Of a stretch of 64,000 nt of DNA, positions 58,539 to 64,000 are shown one piece after another. The notes beneath the pieces are model-generated. The model was not told the DNA's origin. It made no database searches and saw only the letters and a list, made by a program, of their open reading frames with translations. This stretch comes from an uncultured virus (IMG/VR IMGVR_UViG_3300015610_000939) (Duplodnaviria; Heunggongvirae; Uroviricota; Caudoviricetes), in the IMG/VR virus record IMGVR_UViG_3300015610_000939. One strand, 5' to 3'. Numbering within the stretch: the stretch's first letter is position 1; the number at the start of each line of letters is the position of its first letter. Both the position numbers and the translations under genes were made by a program.

Positions 58539-60812
58539 TCTGCTGGTGGCTCGTTGCTTGCTTATGTCCTGGGAATCACCCAAATGGACCCAATCAAGCA
58601 CGACCTCTTGTTTGAGCGTTTCATGACACGCAAGAAGAAGGCATTTCCTGACATTGACTCGGACTTTGCTGACCGTGAAAAGGCAGTGAAGCTTCTCCAG
58701 GAGTTCTTTGGGGAGGAGAACGTCATTCCTGTGAGCCTCTTTGCTGCTCTCAAGCCCTTGTCTCTCATCAAGGACTTGTGCAAGCTCAACGGGGTGCCAT
58801 TTGAGCTGGTGAACGACTACACCAAGACCATGATCCCCGAGGTAATGGCTGTGAAGAAAGGTGAGCCTGGGTTTGACGCTGCTCAGTACGAACTCACCTT
58901 TGAGGATCTTGCCGAGCACTCTCCGTCATTCCGTAAGTTCATGAGCGAGGTTGCTTCGAACTTCCCCAAGTTCAAGGATACGCTCGACGTTCTTTGGAAG
59001 CAGCAGAGGAGCATTGGAAGGCACGCAGGCGGCGTGATCATCACGGCTGGCTCTCGGGCCTCGATGCCCTTGATCAAGGCAAAGGGAGGGCTCCAGACGC
59101 CTTGGCCAGAGGGTTTGGCGGCTCGTCATCTTGAGGACTTCGGGCTTCTCAAGTTTGACGTGCTCGGACTTGGCACCCTTCGAATCTTCGAGGACACGAT
59201 CACCCGTATTCTCAAGAAAGAGGGGAAGAAGTACGTCACCCAGGCTGACATCAACAAGTGGTTCTTCGAGAAGCTCCACCCGGACAACAACACAATGGAC
59301 GACTTGAACGTCTACAAGCACGTCTATTGGGAAGGTAGGTACGCTGGCATCTTCCAGTTCGTAAAGGACAACGTCCAGCGCTTCATGAAGGAAATGAAGC
59401 CACGTTCTGTGCTCGACATTGCTATTGCGACCTCGATCTTCCGTCCTGGTCCAATGGGCTTGGAAATCGATCTGCCAAATGGCGAAAAGATCCATGGGGC
59501 TCAGAACATGTTCTTGATCAACCGAAATAACCCGGATTCCGTGCACTATGCACACCCGGCATTGAAGGAAGTTCTGGAATACACCAGCGGTCTTCTGATC
59601 TTCCAGGAGCAGCTCCAGTTGATCGTCAACAAGCTCTCTGGAATGCACCTGGACGATACAGACTCGATCCGCAAGGCATTCACGAAGAAGGACAAGAGCA
59701 ACGCAGAGAAGCAAGCCAAGGAAATCAAGGCACTTGGTGAGAAGTTCGTGGAAGACTCCATGAAGCACTCTGGCATCTCCAAGGAGGACGCTGAGACGGT
59801 TTGGAAGGACTTTGAGAAGTGGACGGCTTACGGCTTCAACAAGTCGCACGCTATGGCCTACGCCATCACCTCCTACCAGTGTGCTTGGTTCCTTACCTAC
59901 TACCCCGAGGAGTGGATTGCCTCCTACCTTGACTTCGCCACGGATGGAAAAGGCAAGAGTGCCAGTGGTGAGGACCCCAAGTCTGTTGCCATGCTTGAAG
60001 CCCAAATGTTGGGTTTTAAGTTTGGCAAGCCAGACATCAACTACTCTGAGGACAAGTTTACCGTCAGGGAAGGAAAGGTGTTGATTCCTTCGTTCAGTGC
60101 AATCAAGGGTGTCGGTAAGGCTTCACTCCTGGAAGCGAAGCAACACCGACCATACACGGAGCTCCGAGACCTGATTGTGAATAGGGACGGAACCTGGAGA
60201 CATTCCAAGTTCAACAAAAAGGCCCTTTCCCACCTGATCAAGACCAACGCCTTCAATTCCATGAACTTGGTTGGTCCAGGCTGCATCTTTGACAACTACA
60301 AGCAGATGCACACCGCCTTGATCGACAACCACGAGCTACTCAAGCGAATTGCCTCAAGAAAGAAGGACAACGACGCTGTTGCCAAACTGCTTGAAATCAT
60401 TGAAACCGTGAAGCTCACCGATCCAAGCGACTGGACACTTGACGAGAAGCTGGAGTTCTCAAAGGAACTCACGGGTCAAATCGACGTTTCCTTGATCCTC
60501 ACGCCTCAAATGGTCGAGTTCTTCACCAAGAACAACATCGAGTCCGTTGACTCCTTTACCGGCCCACAAAAGCTCTATTGGGCGATTGTGGACTCATGTT
60601 CCGTCTTGGAAACCAAGACAGGAAACGAGTATCTTGCCTTGACCTTCCACGGTGAATCCGGGGCAAAGCGGAAGTGCAAGGTGTGGAACTACAAGAGTGA
60701 CCGGGACACCCTGTACAGGAAGGACGACATTCTCGTTCTTCGACTTGAATCGGATGACTACGGCTTGAGAGCCAAGCCAACTGGCATCCGAATCCTCAAG
60801 AAAAAGGTCTAA
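58431..60812 (+). CDS. dnaE: C-intein + DNA polymerase III alpha, C-terminal half
   Basis: After VHN: SAGGSLLAY.LGIT, FERF, PDIDSDF, HAGG, KFDVLGL, FQEQ, YGFNKSHA..Y, IKGVG. Confidence 0.95.
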   Translation: MAYLVRKTTVPYSGKVHDLTVSESHTYNVEGKAVHNSAGGSLLAYVLGITQMDPIKHDLLFERFMTRKKKAFPDIDSDFADREKAVKLLQEFFGEENVIPVSLFAALKPLSLIKDLCKLNGVPFELVNDYTKTMIPEVMAVKKGEPGFDAAQYELTFEDLAEHSPSFRKFMSEVASNFPKFKDTLDVLWKQQRSIGRHAGGVIITAGSRASMPLIKAKGGLQTPWPEGLAARHLEDFGLLKFDVLGLGTLRIFEDTITRILKKEGKKYVTQADINKWFFEKLHPDNNTMDDLNVYKHVYWEGRYAGIFQFVKDNVQRFMKEMKPRSVLDIAIATSIFRPGPMGLEIDLPNGEKIHGAQNMFLINRNNPDSVHYAHPALKEVLEYTSGLLIFQEQLQLIVNKLSGMHLDDTDSIRKAFTKKDKSNAEKQAKEIKALGEKFVEDSMKHSGISKEDAETVWKDFEKWTAYGFNKSHAMAYAITSYQCAWFLTYYPEEWIASYLDFATDGKGKSASGEDPKSVAMLEAQMLGFKFGKPDINYSEDKFTVREGKVLIPSFSAIKGVGKASLLEAKQHRPYTELRDLIVNRDGTWRHSKFNKKALSHLIKTNAFNSMNLVGPGCIFDNYKQMHTALIDNHELLKRIASRKKDNDAVAKLLEIIETVKLTDPSDWTLDEKLEFSKELTGQIDVSLILTPQMVEFFTKNNIESVDSFTGPQKLYWAIVDSCSVLETKTGNEYLALTFHGESGAKRKCKVWNYKSDRDTLYRKDDILVLRLESDDYGLRAKPTGIRILKKKV

Positions 60813-60814
60813 CC

Positions 60815-61378
60815 TCAGACCTGTCTCTCTGCTTCGTAAGAGAGAACAAGTTTGATCTCAAGGGGATCTTTGGACCCGTAATCAAGGGGGGAACATTCCA
60901 TTTCATCCACTCGGATGCCCGAAAAGTGCCGAGCACGGACTGTATCCCCTCTGCTGTTCACGTAGTGCAGGGTGCCAGTTCTCGGGAACATGAAGGTTCC
61001 AAGAACCATTTCCTCTACCTGCTGGTAGGTGGCAGGAGCAACAGCCTCATGGAGGTAAACCGTGAGCTTCCTCTGCTTCTTGGCGAAGCTGTAAACGTCG
61101 TCTCCCCGCTCCCTGACGTACTTTGGAAACTCTACCCTCTTGACAAGGAAGGCGTCGATTCCTTCAAGTTCAAGTCTCCATTGCCAGCCGAGAAGCAAAT
61201 CGAATTTGGCGATCCGATTCTCGGGCTTGACCGGACACTTCCGAAGTCCCTGGATCAAGTTCTTGGTTTCTGTCATGATTTCCCTGACCTTGACCTTCTC
61301 CTCCTCGGTCATCTTTGGAAGAACCGAAGTTTCGCCAACACGGGGATCACCTACCATTACGGAAATTGTTTCTGCCAT
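60815..61378 (-). CDS. Diverged tail-tube paralogue outside the tail module
   Basis: EGIDAFLVK identical to the tube gene; colinear similarity to the C-terminus (LDYGSKDPLEIKLVLSYE vs LSYEGSDLVEISLTLRYD). Confidence 0.8.
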   Translation of the reverse strand: MAETISVMVGDPRVGETSVLPKMTEEEKVKVREIMTETKNLIQGLRKCPVKPENRIAKFDLLLGWQWRLELEGIDAFLVKRVEFPKYVRERGDDVYSFAKKQRKLTVYLHEAVAPATYQQVEEMVLGTFMFPRTGTLHYVNSRGDTVRARHFSGIRVDEMECSPLDYGSKDPLEIKLVLSYEAERQV

Positions 61379-61472
61379 CTTTTCCTCTTTTCTAGGATTG
61401 CTCGGGTATGTAGCAGATGGTCAAAATTCACCGTGTCCAAAAGAAGGGTCTATTTATCGGTAAGGATTACCC

Positions 61473-62402
61473 GTGAGCCAGAACATCACCAACCTCCTCA
61501 CCAAGACAATCAAGGAATCTCTCCAGCGTTCCGGTGCCATTCCCCCTTCAGATACCCCTAAGAAGGTGACCGAGGCGGTGGTGCAAGCGGTGGTGGAGAA
61601 GGGAAAGGCTTCTCTGAAGGAAGCTCTTGTTGTCCTTCCAAAGCATTTTCACCTTGGCACCCAGTGGCTTTCCAGCAAGACGAAGAAGGCGCACGACACC
61701 CTGTACCAGGAATATGTGGCAAAGTTCAATCAGGTCTCGGCAAAGCTGGATTCAGCTTCCCGAGAGCAAATTGATGAATTCCGCAACCTGAAGAGGGATT
61801 TGACCTACAACATGAATGCTGTGAAGCTCCACGAGCTCTACTTTGGGAACATTTCCGACCTGGAGTCGCAGATTCACCGCGATTCCATTCCATTCATGCG
61901 TCTCGCAAGGGATTGGGGCAGCTTCGAGAACTGGCAGTTTGACTTCATTGCAACTGCTCTCTCGGCTCGTGAGGGATGGGCTGTTGTGTGCTACGATCCC
62001 TACAAGGACAAGTACATGAACCTCGTGATTGACGGGCATGATGCAGGCGTTCCGCTTGGTGCTGTTCCTGTGATCGTCATGGATATGTGGTCCCACTCCT
62101 ACTTTGCTGACGTGCAAGACGACAAGCAGAGCTACCTGAACTCCATGATGCGGGAGCTGAATTGGAACGTCATTGAGGCAAGGATGGTCATTGCCGAGCG
62201 TTCGCAGTTGAAGGACCTGTACCTTGTTCGTCCGTTGGTTGACAATACACCAACCAAGATGCTCGACCAAGCAGCAAACACCCCTCCAATTGGGAAGAGT
62301 CAAATCTCCCCAGGTGGAGTGGAGCCAATCCCAGCTCCGGGATCGGACATGCAAGTCAACCCACGCCCAGCCGTTGGGGCTCAACAGAACAAGGTGCAGT
62401 GA
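61473..62402 (+). CDS. Fe/Mn superoxide dismutase-family protein with N- and C-terminal extensions
   Basis: H..LY..YV, LHELYF.N, WGSFE.W, GWA, DMWSHSY (variant of DVWEHAY). Confidence 0.85.
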   Translation: MSQNITNLLTKTIKESLQRSGAIPPSDTPKKVTEAVVQAVVEKGKASLKEALVVLPKHFHLGTQWLSSKTKKAHDTLYQEYVAKFNQVSAKLDSASREQIDEFRNLKRDLTYNMNAVKLHELYFGNISDLESQIHRDSIPFMRLARDWGSFENWQFDFIATALSAREGWAVVCYDPYKDKYMNLVIDGHDAGVPLGAVPVIVMDMWSHSYFADVQDDKQSYLNSMMRELNWNVIEARMVIAERSQLKDLYLVRPLVDNTPTKMLDQAANTPPIGKSQISPGGVEPIPAPGSDMQVNPRPAVGAQQNKVQ

Positions 62403-63043
62403 TGAAAAAAGTCAAGTCCTTTAAGGAGGCAGCTTCCCTTTTGCTCGAAGAGGGAGCTCCAATCAATCCTGCTGATGCCCAGCCAACAGACCCAAGCGTC
62501 CAGAACTTGTCCATGGACATGAAGGTTGACTCGTATTTCCTGAAGTACGAGAAAGAAAGCCTTCCAACACAGCAGACCTATGCTGTTCCAGGATCGGCAG
62601 AGAACATGATGTTTGAGTTCCGGTCCTTCGCAAAGCAGTTGCTCGAAGCTGAGGGAGATGATCCCCTTGCTGGTGGGGATGCTGGGTTTGGTGCTGATCC
62701 CGGTGGAGCAGGGGGTGCAGGCGGGGATGATGCAGGAGCTCCCCCAGCCGCTCCAGCTCAACCTCAAGTGGAGAATCCACGTTTCAACGTGAGAAATTTC
62801 GCTCAGTCGGTCGCAAGACTTGTTTTGAACTACGAGGGTCTTCTTGATCCAAGGACGACAATTCTGAACAGAGCCAGATACTTCATCGAGAAGAACTACG
62901 ATGCAGGTGTTGCAAGGCAAATGATGGACATTCTGGAGACACAATTCAGGCTGTCGCCACGCACAGCGGAAGCAAATGACGGGGTTTCGGCTCCGATTGC
63001 CGGTGGAGCCTGGACGGGTGTCGGCGGAGGTGGTGGAGGATAA
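62399..63043 (+). CDS. Hypothetical protein, possibly virion-associated
   Basis: LLLEE/LLEAEG followed by a Gly/Ala/Pro linker; FA..VARL..NY..LLD. Confidence 0.6.
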   Translation: MMKKVKSFKEAASLLLEEGAPINPADAQPTDPSVQNLSMDMKVDSYFLKYEKESLPTQQTYAVPGSAENMMFEFRSFAKQLLEAEGDDPLAGGDAGFGADPGGAGGAGGDDAGAPPAAPAQPQVENPRFNVRNFAQSVARLVLNYEGLLDPRTTILNRARYFIEKNYDAGVARQMMDILETQFRLSPRTAEANDGVSAPIAGGAWTGVGGGGGG

Positions 63044-63047
63044 TAGG

Positions 63048-63374
63048 ATGAAGGTTGTCGAGGGACGAAGGGGAGTTCATGTTGACGTAAACCAGTTCAC
63101 CTGGGTTGAAGTCAAGAAGCGTCTATGGCGTCATGGCCTTTCGTTCCAAGAGTTCCTTTCTTACGTTGTTCACTTGCTGGCAACGGGAGATGATCGGGTT
63201 TATCAGCTTCTCATTGAGGCAAAGAAAGCCCGAGCACAAAAGGAAGTCATGAAGATTGTTCACACGGACGAGGAATCACTCTACACCCTGATGGAGCACC
63301 TTCGTGACATGAAGAGGCAAGAACAAGAAGCAAAAGAAGAAGAGGAAGAAGAGGTGCGCAATGAAGAAGGTTAA
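63048..63374 (+). CDS. Hypothetical protein, possibly ribbon-helix-helix
   Basis: Beta strand GVHVDV followed by two helices (LSFQEF). Confidence 0.5.
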   Translation: MKVVEGRRGVHVDVNQFTWVEVKKRLWRHGLSFQEFLSYVVHLLATGDDRVYQLLIEAKKARAQKEVMKIVHTDEESLYTLMEHLRDMKRQEQEAKEEEEEEVRNEEG

Positions 63375-63663
63375 GGCTCCAAAAGGCAAGTTCATTGAGA
63401 CAGACGAGAAGCTCATCAAGGCCGTGGCAAATGAGCTCAATACCACCAGCGCACCCATGATTCTCTCCAAGCTCCAGGATATCGAGAAGGCCGTGTATCA
63501 CCTCGCATCCAGGGTGAAAGCCATTGGGGACTCCCAGGAAAGGCTTGAGCAACTTTCGGTTGGGCTGACCACCACAATGGAGGAAGTCCTCCATGACCTG
63601 GAAGGGTCTGACGAAGGGACGGAACAGCCAAGCTCCCGCCCTAACAACTCACAATGGAACTGA
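63361..63663 (+). CDS. Hypothetical coiled-coil protein
   Basis: GAGGTG SD; 100 aa. Confidence 0.55.
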   Translation: MKKVKAPKGKFIETDEKLIKAVANELNTTSAPMILSKLQDIEKAVYHLASRVKAIGDSQERLEQLSVGLTTTMEEVLHDLEGSDEGTEQPSSRPNNSQWN

Positions 63664-63670
63664 GGTCAAG

Positions 63671-64000
63671 ATGCCACTCTGGTTGACAAAAGTCGGAAAC
63701 GCCCTGAAGATCGCCTTCACATGGCTCAAGGGTAACTTCATGCTGATTCTCGTGGGCGTTGCTGTTATTTACGGCTTGATTGCTGTAAAGAAACGCGACA
63801 ATGCGTACGAGAACCTCTGGAAGATGTACCGTGAGCAGCAGGCTCAGAACAGACGAGAGCTTGAGGAACTCAGGAAGATCCAACAGGAGCAGATTGCCAA
63901 GCAACAGGAGATTGATAGGAAGTATCGGGAAGTGGTGGCTTCAATTGAGCAAAACTACCGAGATCAACTCCAAAACCTTTCTCGTGCCAAGGAGCAAGAG
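63671..64000 (+). CDS. N-terminal TM + coiled-coil protein, i-spanin-like (3' partial)
   Basis: MPLWLTK..FMLILVGVAVIYGLIAV, then a Q/E/R-rich coil open to the window end. Confidence 0.5.
   Translation, partial: MPLWLTKVGNALKIAFTWLKGNFMLILVGVAVIYGLIAVKKRDNAYENLWKMYREQQAQNRRELEELRKIQQEQIAKQQEIDRKYREVVASIEQNYRDQLQNLSRAKEQE

Noticed and set aside
1..64000. Alternative genetic code (stop reassignment as in some jumbo phages)
   Set aside because: Conserved genes are full length in the standard code and end in TAA, TAG and TGA.
1..64000. CRISPR array, tRNA, rRNA, DGR or retron
   Set aside because: No repeat-spacer array, cloverleaf, reverse transcriptase or template/variable repeat pair was seen by eye; a tRNAscan or Infernal run would be needed to fully exclude RNA genes.

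Overview
This 64 kb window is part of a large T4-superfamily-like (probably jumbo) myophage genome read in the standard genetic code. About 1-24 kb is a contractile-tail module: sheath, tube, gp26-like chaperone, tape measure and baseplate genes, interspersed with homing endonucleases and accessory enzymes. About 24-42 kb is replication, recombination and nucleotide metabolism: truncated PolA, HD protein, gp32-like SSB, RecA, dUTPase, 5'-3' exonuclease, DnaB-like helicase, class II RNR and an intein-containing SNF2 helicase. About 42-55 kb is an accessory/early region (thyA, GATase, DHFR, DnaJ, methyltransferase, KTSC, RNA ligase, many small ORFs). About 55-61 kb is a DnaE gene fractured by a split intein around a free-standing endonuclease. 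Most notable: (1) short ORFs below the ORF-track cutoff that encode major-capsid-protein fragments, one matching the T4 Gol-peptide region, plus an orphan tail-tube paralogue, suggesting virion-protein mimics or decoys; (2) the split-intein DnaE; (3) a probable +1 frameshift in the tail chaperone; (4) enzymes (SOD, kinase-like, glycosylase-like) that share a putative late promoter TAnTTA and capsid-targeting-like leaders; (5) a repeat-rich SSB leader; (6) a homing endonuclease flanked by a duplicated gene start. All calls come from motif recognition by eye; no database searches were run.
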